A DNA stretch of 63,966 bases, counting the filler, from Octopus bimaculoides (taxonomy: Eukaryota), in NCBI RefSeq assembly GCF_001194135.2. It is 4 parts of 4 records of this genome, joined end to end, with 100 filler letters (N's around TTAATTAATTAA, not from the genome) between each part and the next. Parts side by side here need not be neighbours in the genome. Positions count along the whole stretch, not along the records: positions 25,637 to 55,177 come from NC_068989.1; 3 more parts are not named here. One strand, written 5' to 3'. Numbering within the stretch: the stretch's first letter is position 1; the number at the start of each line of letters is the position of its first letter. Below, in pieces: positions 37,320 to 51,020 of the stretch. Both the position numbers and the translations under genes were made by a program. The notes beneath the pieces were generated by a model. The model was given only the letters and a program-made list of their open reading frames with translations, was not told the DNA's origin and did no database searches.

Positions 37320-37880
37320 CCATACATATATACATATATATATATACATACATGTATACATATATATATACATACATATATACATACATATATACATATA
37401 TATATACATATATATATACTCTTTACTTACTTGTTTCAGTCATTTGATTGCGGTCATGCTGCAACACCACCTTTAGTCGAGCAAATCAACCCCAGGACTT
37501 ATTCTTTGGAAGCCTAGTACTTATTCTATCAGTCTCTTTTTACCGAACCACTAAGTTACGGAGACGTAAACACACCAGCATCGGTTGTCAAGCGATGATG
37601 GGGGGACAAACACAGATACACAAACACATATACATACAAATATATATATATATATACATATATACGACGGGCTTCTTTCAGTTTCCGTCTACCAAATCCA
37701 CTCACAAGGCTTTGGTCGGCCCGAGGCTATAGTAGAAGACACTTGCCCAAGGTGCCATGCAGTGGGACTGAACCCGGAACCATGTGGTTGGTAAGCAAGC
37801 TACTTACCACACAGCCACTCCTGCGCCTATATATACATACATATACATACATACACATATATACATACATATATATAGAT

Positions 37881-37931
<51 letters not shown>

Positions 37932-39526
37932 TACACACACACATACATATCTATACAAAACCAATGCATTCTGGTTATTCTAATAACCTGTATAATAGAA
38001 GTGAAAAATACCTTTTCAGGAATTGCTTTATTTTCATGCAGTTGCAGCAGGTTACCTACTAAACACTATTTACACATAAAAATAACAATCTGTTGATACC
38101 CACACACACACACACACACACACAATGTGTTAGTCATGTTTAATAATATTAGCAGCAAATGAAAACAAGTTTTTTATCTGTCAACAGATGTTGATTTGAT
38201 ATTTTTATCTTGTTTTATTGTGAGAGAGGGTTTAGCACCAACAATATTCAGTTATCTACCTGGGTAGAAGATAACAGTTTTTCTTTCAGATGCTTTTGTC
38301 TTTAACGGGTGTTGGTCATTGGACTATGGCCATGCTCAGATACCACTTTGAAGGCTTTTAGTCAAACAGACTGACCCCAGCTCTTATTTTAAAGTCTGAT
38401 ACTTATTCTATAGGTCTCTATTGCTGAACTGTTAAGTTGTGTGGATGTAAATAAACCAATACCAGTCAGGAAGTAGTGGGGGAGACACACACACATTTAC
38501 ATATATACTTGAGTATATAAAAGTGACCAGTAAGTGGTCTGTTAATATGCTAGAAAAAGATCACTTAAAAAATTCTCAAAAAAAGATTCAGCGGAGCAAA
38601 AACAGGCGGGCGAGACCAGTGAAAATTATAAATACCTCGGTTATCTGTAGACTATAGTTTCAAAATCAATACTTCCAAATTAAAGTATCTATTTATCATC
38701 AGTACAAATTGCCGATATTATTATAATCGAACAGAATCTCGTGCTAGTTGTCTCCAACCAGTGAAAACGTGCACGTGATTCTATCCATTTAATGTGTACG
38801 CTTCAGGTTTGAGTAACATTGACAGGAGCTGGCCAGGTAGAAGACTACCCCAGGTTTCTGTGTCTGTTTTGGCATGGTTTTAACCAACTACTCCACAGAG
38901 TGGACTGAGTGCTTTTTATGTGACACCAGCACAGGCAAGGTCAGTTTTGCCATGGTTTTTACAGTTAGATGCCCTTCCAAATGCCAACCACTTCACAGTG
39001 TGGACTGGATGTTTTTTTATGTGACATCAGCACTGGCAGGATCACCAAGTAACTTGCAATATAAGGAATTTTGAGAGGTGATGGGGCATTGGAGGCAGAT
39101 TGGGGGCATTGTGTCAGATGATGAAATGTTAGAGACTATATGATCAGAAATATAACTTGGAAGTGTTCATGATGTCATTGTGAGGATCTCGTCAAAGTAG
39201 GAGAAAACTTTTCAAATATAAATAAAGTAGAAGTATACAAAAATAAACATTATTTTCCATTTTACTGTTAGTTTTGTTTCATTTTAGAAAATACAAATTT
39301 ATTTTATGGTATATCATTATTTATACTTTGGATTACATATATATGGAGCCATCAATATCCCTTAAGTGCTTAGGGCCTCTATAGGTCTTAATCCACCCCT
39401 GATCAGAAGCTTCAATTTCTTTCCCTGCATGGTATTCCTTTTATCTCTTACTTTACTATTATATTTCAGGGAATAGTCAATGATAAAACAGATCAGGGAC
39501 AGTAAGAAATACACATCTCAAACAAA

Positions 39527-39852
39527 ATGTCCCGTATCTACCTACCAAAAATTTCTAAAGTGAGTACTCCGGTGTTCCATCGATCTTGCACAAATTATTC
39601 AAAAATTTTCGGGCCCTATCCACCAAAAGAACTTACAAAAGTATCAAGCGACAAGATCAAAATACCTCCACGAATAAATCCTTTGAAACCTTTGACACCA
39701 AAGAAACGAATTAATATGCACTGGGAAACTTATGACCAGCATTGGCAGAATGAACACCGAAGTCTACGTATGAGACAGAAAGAGCACAATCGATATCATA
39801 ATGCTTGGCAGAAACCATTTTATGGCCAGCCAGCTGAGAAAGAAGCTTACAG
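39527..39852 (+). CDS. Uncharacterised protein, first coding exon (exon starts at 39470)
   Basis: Pyrimidine tract and TTTCAG| acceptor at 39469. In-frame TAA upstream of AAAATG. ORF MSRIYLPK...HWETYDQHWQNEHRSLRMRQKEHNRYHNAWQKPFYGQPAEKEAY(R). AG|GTTTGT donor, phase 2. Confidence 0.85.
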
Positions 39853-40235
39853 GTTTGTATGGCCTTAAATAGACTAACCTAGAATGAAAGAAAAGGGAGA
39901 GAGAGTGAGGAAGAGAAAGAGAGACAATAAATAAGAGGGAGGGGATATAATCTAATGAAACAAAGAAAGAATAGAATAGAAATACAATAAGGTAATAGGA
40001 GGAGTAGAGAGGGGAATGACAAAAAAAACAACCTTACTTACAGTGTGTATATATATACACACTTATGATGTGCAGGCATGGCTATGTAGTCAAGAAGTTT
40101 GTTTCCCATCATATGATTTGGAGTTCAATCCTGCTGCATGGCACCTTGAGCAAGTGTCTCCTAGCAAAGCCATGAGCTGACTTAAAAGTCATGTGAATGG
40201 ATTTATTAGACAGAAACAGAAAGAAGACCATTTTG

Positions 40236-40267
<32 letters not shown>

Positions 40268-41807
40268 TGTGTGCATCCTTATCTTGACATTGTATGATAC
40301 TTGTAAACAGGCATCACTATAATATAAGCAGGGTCATTCACTTCTGGCCTTCTTTGAAGACATGTCCTGTCATGAGGAAATATTACCTTTACTTAGAAGC
40401 AAGTGAGGGTAAGTGACAGGAAGAGTGTCTAACCATAGAAAATCTACCTCAACAAATCCCATTTGACCCATGTAAGTACAGAAAAGAGGACATTAAAGGA
40501 TGATGATTATGCATGCACATACATACATACACACACATACATACATACACACACATACATACATACACACACTACTGGTAACATATAACCCAGTATAACC
40601 TGCTGCATGGTTGATTCATTGGCAACTAAACTGGTAGCACCACCAACCTTGCTTAGAGAAGAGAGTGATTTCTGGACACCCTGTGAGATGAAAAACAAGA
40701 CTTGTCAAAGGGTTGAAGGAACTCAAAAGAGCTAATGGCCATCTAATATAGTCAAGGGAAGATGGTGCTCACCAGTCCTAGTGAAGACAATCCATTGAGG
40801 AGAAGGAAATCCCTGAAATAAAACCCATTCACTGAGGACCTACAACCAGCTGATATTATTTTGCACAGAAAAAAATTATGACATGAAGACAGGTTATAGG
40901 TCTGTCCATGGATGGCTGATATATGACAGACCTCTTCAAGTTTCTGTATCCCATATCAACTCACAAGGCTTTTGTCGGTCCAAGGTTTTAGTGGAAGATA
41001 TTAAGGCCAAAGTTTTACGCACTGGAACTAACATACCAAATGACTGTGAAACCAACTTCTTAACTACACAGAAATGTCTGCACCCATCAACCTATCTAAA
41101 TGTCACCTAGGTAAATAGATTTAACTAATAGCTGTCAATGTTCACCAATGACAACATTCTTGTTTCAAGAGAAAAATGCAGTCTCTTGAATAGTGTCAAA
41201 CCTATTCAAGAGATATTTCTTAATAAAATCAATAAGTTGTGTGTACAGTATGGAAGGCTTAAAGTCGTTATCTTGATTACAATCACTGGAGATATGAATA
41301 TATATATTTGTTTAAATAATGGTATATGTTTTAACCCCTATCACCTCTCCCAGCTAATAATGTACTTCTATCAGGTCAATCTGGTCTATCAGCTATTTTA
41401 CTCATCTTGTTTTATTTCTTACAGATATATTGATTGACGTGCATTTATCTATATTTTTTCCTTGTGATTATATAAACTACCGACCTCTCTTACTCCCTCT
41501 CTCAATGTGACTCACTCTCTCACTCTCTCTCTCTCTTACTCTTGCTCTCCACTTGGCCTTAATTTACAACAGTAGTCGTGGCCTAATTATAAATGTATGA
41601 ATAAAAATATAAACATATATACACACTCATACATAAACACCATGTGTAAGGAACCATTTCTTGTCAAAAATTAGGTTAAAAAAATATGGGAGTTTCTTAT
41701 ACATGGATAGTATTATAATCCCTTACAAAACCTTTTTTCCAAATTTTAAGCCCCCCAAATTAGGGATTTCCTTATACATGAGGGATCCTTATACACATTA
41801 AAATACA

Positions 41808-41846
<39 letters not shown>

Positions 41847-44800
41847 TAAAACATAGAAAGCAGACTTCATATGTGACAGGTGATGATGTACAAGGATAAT
41901 AAGTCACTTTGAGATCATGGACAAAAGATTCCAACAAATGCCTGGATGGTTACTTAGATGCTTTAATCAGAAGCGGGGTGGGGTGGGGTGAGATTATGTT
42001 CTGAAAGCATAGCGGACAGAGTAAAATGAGTTGGAAAAAGTTCAGGGGCCTATTATGTCTGCGAGCAACAAGGGGCTTTTCGTTCAGGATAAAGAACAGA
42101 TTGTATAATGCATGTATATGAAGTGTGATGCAGCATGATAGGGAGGCATAGGCTTTGATTGTATGTCCTTGTGTTCATGTGTTTATTACCTGTAACTTAG
42201 CAGTTCAGCAAATAGAATGCAAATGATTCGTTTATAGTGATCAAATGTTTGTGCTGCACATTAGCTCACTCTTTCCATCAAATTGATGTTGTCTGAACAG
42301 GTGCACTGTGTACCATGCGTCAGGTGTTGAAGTGATCGCAGAGCAATGTGAGATGAAGTGCTTTGCTCAAGAACACAATGCACCACCCAGTCTAGGAATT
42401 GAAATCACAATCACTAGATCATGAGTACAACACCCTAAAGACTAGGCCAAGAACCCTCATCATCGTTTAACGTCCGCTTTCCATGCTAGCATGGGTTGGA
42501 CGATTTGACTGAGGACTGGTGAAACCGGATGGCAACACCAGGCTCCAATCTANNNNNNNNNNCTGAGGACTGGTGAAACCGGATGGCAACACCAGGCTCC
42601 AATCTAATTTGGCAGAGTTTCTACAGCTGGATGCCCTTCCTAACGCCAACCACTCTTTTATTCTTTTACATCTTTCAGTCATTTGACTGCAGCCATACTG
42701 AAGCACCACCTTACGTGGTTTTAGTTGAAGAAATTGACCCCAGCACTTATTCTTTGTCAGCCTAGTACTTATTCTATCGGTCACTTTTGATGAACCACTA
42801 AGTTACGGGAACATAAACACACCTGCATCAGTTGTCAAGTGATGACAGGGTACAAATACAGACACACAAACACACACACACACACACACCTATATATATA
42901 TATATGATGGCCTTCTTTCAGTTTCTGTCTACTAAATCCACTCACAAGGCTTTGGTTAGCTAGAGGATATAGTAGAAGACACTTGCCCAAGATGCCACAC
43001 AGTGGGACTGAACCCAGAACCATGTGGTTGGGAAGCAAGCTACTTACCACACAGCCACAACTGTATATTTGCATATATGTATTTCCTTCAAGCTTGTACT
43101 ACTTAGCAGCAATCTTTTATTTTCCTTTTCTTTTTTTACTGCAAAAGTGGTGGAAACACAAACTCTTTACACGGCAGCAAAATAATGCCATCTTAACTAT
43201 AAGGACAAATAATCTTTTCTACTCTAGGTACAAGGCCCGAAATTTTGGGGGAGCAGCAGGGGCCAGTCAATTAGATCAACCCCAGTACACAACTAGCACT
43301 TAATTTATCAATCCCAAAAGGATGAAAGGCAAAGTCGACCTCGGTAGAAGTTGAACTCAGAACGTAAAGACAGACAAAATACCGCTAAGCATTTCACTCG
43401 GCATGCTAACGTTTCTGCCAGCTCACCACTTTACTATAAAAACAAATAATGAGTTTTCAATAAGACACTGCAGATTCATTTCTGTACACTAAATTAAATC
43501 GATAGAAGTCAGAAAAACTAAAATAGCAGATGGTAGGATATATAGAAACACATGTTAAACACTAAATCAATTGAGTATGTTTATTTTACTGATAGCATGT
43601 TTGTCTTCATTCTTTTATTTGTTTACTAGTTTCCATTATTGCATTGTGGCTATGCTGAGGCACTGTTTTAGAGGGCTTTAAATTAGTTGTATTGAATCCA
43701 GTACTTGCTTCAGTTTGCTCTGTATTCTGTTAGTCTCTGTTTTCTAAGCTACTAAGCTGCAGGACATTAAAAGTACCAGGGTTTTTAGATCAGTGGAAGC
43801 ATAAATATACCCATATATACATATGTACACACACACACTCTATTATAATTATAACGAAGTCCCCATTCTCTTTGGTCATAATTGTAGAAACTCTGTGGAT
43901 ATTTGTGGATTTTCCACCTTTGATTGAACAGACTTTTAATCGAGGGCATTCCAGCTATGACTATCCTGTCTTTTCGCAACAACTTAGAACTACATCAGCT
44001 AATGTACAATATTTATTTTTAAGACAGTAGAATCTGATGTATAAGATGTTTGGCTGCTATTTCTAGAACATCAATCGACTACATTGAGATATGCTCATTG
44101 GGTTGACTTCCCTGTTTTTTTTGTTTTTTACACACATAGATGACATCTGGATTATTTAATTAATAAACAGTTTTGTCCTGATACTCAACTACTAATTTTC
44201 ACCAATTTACATTCCTTAGAAATTATTCATTATGTTACGTAGTCATATGTTTTGATACCAATCAACCCACCCATCAGAAACCACTTCTGGTTCTAAAATA
44301 CAAAACTACCATTTTTAAGTTAAAAACTTTATCATGGTTTTATATCTTTTACCTTTTACTTGGTTTAGTCATTGAACTGCAACCATGCTGGGGTACCCCT
44401 ATGAAGGGTTTTAGCTGAACAAATCCACCCTGTACTTATCTTTAAGTTTGATGCTTATTCTATCAATATCTTTTGCCAAAACATCAAGTTATAGGGTTGT
44501 AAGCAAAGTAACATCAGTTATCAAATAGCAGCAAAGCACACACACATGGACACACACACATATATATGTATATCAAAAGGATGTATTATAACACTATTCC
44601 ACATATACAAAAACAGCCATACCAACAATCCAACATACCTCCATCATCAGCTGCCCCACGGATGTCATTATGGTTTCAACACCTGGGCAGTACCATTCAA
44701 TTTGGCAGTGTCAACAGCACTAAAAGAAGTGTTGTTTGGGAACAAACATACCAAAAAAAACTACAACTTTCAAGCATATTTACCCAATGTACAATAGTAT

Positions 44801-46181
44801 TCAATCTAAATATAGGCAGGATTAAATACTAACTTTAAGATTAAACCACAACAAGAAACACATAAATCTATGTACATCTGTATCGGTATTAATAGTAAAC
44901 CTACAATAACTAAATTATATACTAAATAGCAACCAATCTTTAAGTCCATACAAATGATAATCCCACTAATCTTCTATAGTTACTACTATTATAAGATTAA
45001 GTAAAAGCTTTATTTCAATTCTCTCCAAAACAAAACACGATTGAATTTAATTTAACAAATAATATAATAATTATGAGTGAAATACAGGTGAACCACAATA
45101 TGGCAAGGGATTACTGTATACTCGTATATGTGCATGTGTGTGTCTTTGTTCTTCCCCACTCCTCCCACATCCTGTTTGGTAACCAGTATTCATTTGCTTG
45201 CATCCCTGTAACTTAGCAGTTCAATAAAAGACTGACAGAATATTTATGAAATTAGAGCTGGGATCAATTTGTTGAACCAACCCCTTCAGGGCAGTCATTG
45301 AAACAAGTAAGAATTAAAAGTTATAGACTGATTCATCATCCTCGTTGTTCAAGTGTGACAGAAGACAGCAATAATTCTCTTCAAATGTATTACAAGGTAG
45401 TACGTTTACAATTTTAGATTACGTCTATGATTGGATACTGCAGGTATATGTAAAGAAATATCTAAAAAGATCTCTCCATGGTCAGGAAAAGGGGTACCAA
45501 TCCAACTAGTTTCATCCCAATTTGGAACCTTAATTAAAAACCATGGAGTCATCACTTATCTGCCCACAATGACATTGATTATATAGTTATACCAATTAGA
45601 AACTTTATTAAACTGGAAAACCTGATTTACATAATTGATATATTACATGACTGACAATTATACACGTAGCGTCAGCGGAGGTGTGTACTAGTGCAATAGA
45701 CTCTTTCTCTAATTTCATGAGCAGCTTATCATAATGATGATCATCATTTAATGTCAGCTTTCCATGCTTGTAGGAGTCAGATGGAATTTGTTAAGACAGA
45801 TTTTCTATGGCTGGCTGGGAATGAACGACTTTGCTCGCAAAATAATTTTGCTCATTTACAACCATTGTGTAACATCTAGACAAGGGTATACATACACACA
45901 CATCATGCACACGTACACACACACACACACACGTGCACATATACTCACAAACACACAACAGGCTTCTTCCAATTTCCATCTTCCAAATCCATTTATAAGG
46001 CTTTAATCTGCCAGGGGTTATAGTGGAAGATACTTACCCAAGGTGCCATACGGTGGGAGTGAACCCAACACTGCATGGTTGGTAAGCAAGCTTCTCAACC
46101 ACACAGCAGCATCTACACCTCTGAGTTTTTAATTAAACATTTTATTAACAGTTTGTTATAACTTACAATTATTGCCGGCAG

Positions 46182-46371
46182 AAAACATATTCGAGATGTT
46201 CTAAAAGCACAAATGGCAGACCAAGATCGAATACAGCGGAAGGTTTTTCAAGAAAGAAAATCAGAGAGTGACAGTGCCATAGAATATGACCAGAAGTGTT
46301 GGCGGGAGGATCTGGAGAAATCTCGCGAGAAAATCAGCTACCTTATTCAGTTTCGAGACCAAAACAAGCAG
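46182..46371 (+). CDS. Uncharacterised protein, second coding exon (charged helical/coiled-coil)
   Basis: GGCAG| acceptor; the first base completes AGA (Arg) with the phase-2 donor at 39852. Reads KHIRDVLKAQMADQDRIQRKVFQERKSESDSAIEYDQKCWREDLEKSREKISYLIQFRDQNKQ, then CAG|GTAAGT donor, phase 0. Confidence 0.88.
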
Positions 46372-46827
46372 GTAAGTAAACAAAAACAGATCTATCCTAT
46401 CATCACTATCATTGTTTAACATCTGCTTCTCCATGCTTGCAGAAGTCAGTCATAACTATGTTCTATATTGAGCCAGATTTTTCTTCAGCCAGATTTCCAA
46501 GCAAGGTTAATATTTCCTGAAGTCTATTAAACAATGAACAGCCTAAATATGATTTTCATGAATAATTGTAAACAACTGACAATGTTCTGGATGAACACTA
46601 AGTTTCACTTATAATCTGTGTGCACACATCAAGACAAGAAGACACATTTACTCATACTGTATAACATACATTTATCTATCTATCTATCTATCTATATATT
46701 TATCTAGCTAGCTACCTCTTTCTCTTTCTTTCTTTTTCTCTCTCTCCCTCTCTCTCTCTATATATATATCATTGTCATCATCATCACCATCATATGTATG
46801 TATGTATGTATGTATACATACATACAT

Positions 46828-47000
46828 GAGTGGCTGTGTGGTCAGTAGTTTGCTTACCAACCACGTGGTTCTGGGTTCAGTCCCACTGCATAGCACCTAG
46901 GGCAAGTGTCTTCTACTATAGCCCCGAGCCAACCAAAGCCTTGTCAGTGGATTTGGTTGACGGAAACTGAAAGAAGCCTGTCGTATATGTGTGTGTGTGT

Positions 47001-47045
<45 letters not shown>

Positions 47046-47236
47046 TGTTCCCCCACCATCACTTGACAACCGATGTTGGTGTGTTCACATCCCCATAACT
47101 TAGTGGTTCAGCTAAAGAGACCGATAGAATAAATACTAGGCTTACAAAGAATAAGTCCTGGGGTCAATTTGTTCGACTAAAGGCGGTGCTCCAGCATGGC
47201 CACAGTCAAATGACAGAAACAAATGAAAGAATAAAA
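46828..47236 (+). mobile_element. Family-A SINE (full length, plus orientation)
   Basis: GAGTGGCTGTGTGG head to GCGGTGCTCCAGCATGGCCACAGTCAAATGACAGAAAC tail. Confidence 0.9.
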
Positions 47237-47358
47237 GAATAATTGTTTTTTTTTTTTATGTAGAGTTGTAATAAAATCAGTTTTACATTAAACTGAAGGA
47301 TAACTCAATACTTATCACAGAGTAAATATCTATTATTCTTTAACTAAAATAGTGTTGA

Positions 47359-47396
47359 CAGTGACTTCGAAGTTTCAGCCTATTTAGCCATCAGTC
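47359..47396 (-). ncRNA. Degenerate PLE-type hammerhead (family of 4752-4790)
   Basis: Minus strand CTGATG-GCTAAATAGGCT-GAAA-CTTCGAA-GTC-ACTG. The core is shortened, apparently by a TGA slip. Confidence 0.55.
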
Positions 47397-47889
47397 CAAC
47401 GAATCCGACAAGCAGCAGAGCTGCATTAGTACCCAGTATCAGCTTCAACATAGTTTCCACAGCTGGATGCCCTTCCCTAATGTCAACCACCTTATAGGGT
47501 GCACTGGGTGCTTTTTTGCAACACTAGCACTCGTGAGGTCACCAAGTAGCTTGCGCAAGACAAAGGAAAGAAAAGAGAGGAAAAAGAAGAAGCCTCTCAA
47601 CTGAGGGCGAAATGCATTAGAGAGAAGGGGAGGTGGTTTTTTTGCCTGGTGTTGAAGACAAGTAGGCCAAGCACAGGTGTCTTGCTATAGAGGAAATACA
47701 TGACATACATGCATCTATAGACGCATACACACACATATATATAAGTAAGAAATTGGGATGACAAAGGAAATAAACAATTATGTTATGAACTTCATAATTG
47801 TTTATTTCCTTTGTCGGCCCACTTTCTTATCGTTCTGTACTTGACTGCTGCTTCATACTGAAGCATGTGTGTACTAAGTTCTAATGAGT

Positions 47890-48255
47890 GGAGGTGCAAT
47901 GGCCCAGTGGTTATGGCAGCGGACTCGCGATCATAGGATCGCGGTTTCAATTCCCAGAGCGGGCGTTGTGAGTGTTTATTGAGTGAAAACACCTAAAGCT
48001 CCACGAGGCTCCGGCAGGGGATGGTGGCGAACCCTGCTGTACTCTTTCACCACAACTTTCTCTCACTCTTTCTTCCTGTTTCTGTTGTGCCTGTCACACT
48101 GTGTCACGCTGAATAGACCCAAGAACTACATTAAGGGTACACGTGTCTGTGGAGTGCTCAGCCACTTGCACGTTAATTTCACAAGCAGGTTGTTCCGTTG
48201 ATCGGATCAACTGGAACCCACGACGTCGTAAGCGACGGAGTGCCAATAACAACAT
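47890..48255 (+). mobile_element. tRNA-derived SINE, family C
   Basis: GGAGGTGCAATGGCCCAGTGGTTATGGCAGCGGACTCGCG...GGTTTCAATTCCC with A- and B-box-like motifs, followed by a unique body ending in (AAC/AAT)n. Confidence 0.7.
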
Positions 48256-48524
48256 TAAGTTTTAACACCAGGTTTTTAGCGTCGCAATGCTTGAGCGAAA
48301 TATTAAAACACACACACACTCACACAGAGGTAATTAGTAAGGGATTTCTCCAAATGTTCACTGGTTTGCTCACAGTTAGGTATTCAAAATAGGTTATTCG
48401 TCAGTTAGTATATAAACCCAGTGATAATTCTTATATGATTTCAAGAATTCAAAGATATATTCCATTGGATTATTCTAAAATATATTACCTTTAACCATAT
48501 AGGTTTCCTGGAGTAGTTAATATC

Positions 48525-48557
<33 letters not shown>

Positions 48558-48562
<5 letters not shown>

Positions 48563-48748
48563 CCTTGAGAAGTACATGGAACAAATAGGGGCTACAATAA
48601 GGGTGGAGCACTTGAAGGAAACAGCACTGCTTGGAACTGCTCAAATACTCCAGATGGTGCTCGAAAAATAAGGGGTGTTACCTTAGATCACTGGTAGTGA
48701 ACAGCTGACACCGTAGTACATCTCCAGCATTAGAAGCTGTGCAAAGAC
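48558..48748 (+). mobile_element. 5'-truncated Dong/R4-clade LINE inside an (AAT)n microsatellite
   Basis: KNLEKYMEQIGATIRVEHLKETALLGTAQILQMVLEK* (48558-48671) matches the LQKxALLGTAxILRxVL C-terminus of R4/Dong ORFs. 77-nt 3' UTR. (AAT)n on both sides. Confidence 0.8.
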
Positions 48749-48841
48749 AATAATAATAATAATAATAATAATAATGATTATGATGAAGTAGCATTAGCAT
48801 TACCTTTCATCATTTTTTGATATATAAATGCGGCCTCAAAT

Positions 48842-48927
48842 AGACCTACATATGTTTCGACTACATCTGTTAGTAACTATTGCATTTGCAACTTTACTGT
48901 AATACTGGTGGAGTTTCTTCAGGGTCT
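48842..48927 (-). ncRNA. Type-I hammerhead ribozyme with long, decayed stem II
   Basis: Minus strand: stem I AGACC, core CTGAAGA, stem II AACTCCACCAG...CAGATGTAGTC, GAAA, CATATGTA, GGTCT. Perfect 5-bp stem I, palindrome ACATATGT. The first stem-II pair is an A-C mismatch. Confidence 0.65.
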
Positions 48928-49943
48928 GAAATATCCTTTGCGGTTTAACTGGTTAAAGTTTCATGTTGATTTTTTTGGCATTCAACAAAGTGGAGCTGTA
49001 TGTTAATTTAGATGTGAACTATTTTCAATTCCAAGTATTGAATGGATAATCACTTGTTTATTTCTTATAGCCAGTTATAAATTTATAGTCAGATATAAAT
49101 TTCGTTGTTTAAGTATTTTTAACTCATTTATATTGAGCAAAGGTAAATTTTTTCATATGCAAGCATCTTAAAGCTTGTTCTTGCCTAGAATTTATTATAT
49201 TATCTTCTGATGTAAAAATTTGGTAAAATTCTTCTATACACAAGTCACATTTATTAGTTCCTAGTCTGTACAGACCTTTTTAACAAAAACTTGATCTTCT
49301 ATAATATTCACTACTGATTTTTCAAGCTGTTGAGGAATTCTCTTCTGGCTGCTTGAGCTGCTACAAATTAACAACTGTATTTCCTTTAAAGATATTGAAA
49401 AATTCAATACTAAAAACAAAATATCAGAAAATAAAGACCAGATGGTGTCACAGCTGGTCAATGTTGGTCAAATATATAGAAATCAATACCAAATGTGAAA
49501 AGAATTCTGTCAAAAAATGTTGTAAAAGTAGGGGATATTCCACAACAAATGCCATATACCAGACATGTGAACTGACAGGCGATACAAAGCATCATAAATT
49601 AACCTAAGCATAGTCTATATCACAATAAAATATGACATGGAATATCAGAAGTACAACTGTCGTCTCTCTATAAAAGTTCTGATCACCAGCAATGAAAGAA
49701 GTGCAATAACTGTAAGACTGAAAAACAATCAGAGGCATGAGCATAGTCATGTGGTTAAGAAATCTGTTGAGCAAATGTCTTTTACTGTAGTCTCAAGCCA
49801 TCCAATACTTTGTGAGTGAATTTGGTATGTGTGTGTGTGTCTGTGTGTCTGTGTGTTTATTCTCCAGCAACCAGTGCTGGTTTGTTTACATCCATGTAAA
49901 TTAGCCGTTTGGCAGAAGAGACCAACTGAATAAATACCAGACT

Positions 49944-50420
49944 TCATGGGGCAAAGTGATGAGAAAGGATCTACAGATGTTGGGACTCACAGAGGAGATG
50001 ACAGGGGACCAAGACTCCTGGTGGTCTGTTGTGTTTGAAAAGACACATCAAGCTAAATAAAAATGCGGTTGTCCTTGAATACAGGCCTGTCCCCTGCAAC
50101 CCTCTTCAGCTGAGCATCCTTAAGCTCACGGGCTTGTAGGTGCTGGTGCCACATAAAAAGCACCCAGTACACTCTGTAGAGTGGTTGGTATTAGAAAGGG
50201 CATCCAGCCATAGAAACCATGGGCTTGTAGGTGCTGGTGCCGCATAAAAAGCACCCAGTACACTCTGTAAAGTGGTTGGTGTTAGAAAGGGCATCCAGCC
50301 ATAGAAAACAAGCTAAAACAGATAGGGAGCCTGAACAGCCCTCCAGCTTTGCCAGCTCCTGTCAAACCATCCAACCCCTGCCAGCACAGAAAACAAATGT
50401 TAACTGATGATGATGATGAA
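49944..50420 (+). mobile_element. RTE-clade LINE 3' end with an internal 91-bp tandem duplication
   Basis: SWGKVMRKDLQMLGLTEEMTGDQDSWWSVVFEKTHQAK* (49944-50060), then a 3' UTR ending TAACTGATGATGATG. 50130-50220 is duplicated at 50221-50311. Confidence 0.75.
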
Positions 50421-51020
50421 AAATAAATACTGAAGTCGATTTGCTTGACTAAAACTATTCAAAGTAGTGCCCCAGCAAGGCTGTAATCCAGTGACTGAAA
50501 CAAGTGAAAAACAAAGATATCACACATTGCATTCTCCCCTGTAATAATACGTGAAATGAAACTATGGCTTCAACATAGAACTCTTAAAATTTCATTTTAC
50601 ACCTCTAAGAAGGCAAATCAGCTTAAAACCAGATGGAGACATAACAAGACAACACAAATTCATGCATGTTGAACATGGAGACCACAGGTAACACTTGAAT
50701 ATAATAAATAGAGCATGACAATACACTAGAAATGCAAGCATCCATAATAAAACAAATATCTGTAACATGAGAAACATTACTGTACTAAGCATATACATGC
50801 CTCTACTAAACCCACCTGTCACCTATCTAGTTTATATACCATAATTATAACACCTTAGTACAAGCCTAAACATCCTTATAAGGAAGTTTTTAAGCTTCAC
50901 TGCACTGATTAAATTTTGTTGATACTGTAACATGCTAATCATATGCAAATAAGTTCTGGCAACCACTTTCTCTTCTCCACATTTCCCAGGACATAGTACA
51001 CACAATAAAATGAGCATAGT

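Noticed and set aside
42505-42610. Direct repeat on both sides of a 10-N gap (similar case at about 15990-16190)
   Set aside because: Typical unmerged contig overlap, i.e. an assembly artefact.
47890-47970. tRNA gene (also the other SINE heads)
   Set aside because: No complete cloverleaf or terminator, and each head continues into a repeat body.
49353-49607. ORF after TTTAAAG as the third exon of the plus-strand gene
   Set aside because: Weak acceptor, and the peptide does not continue the charged helical character.
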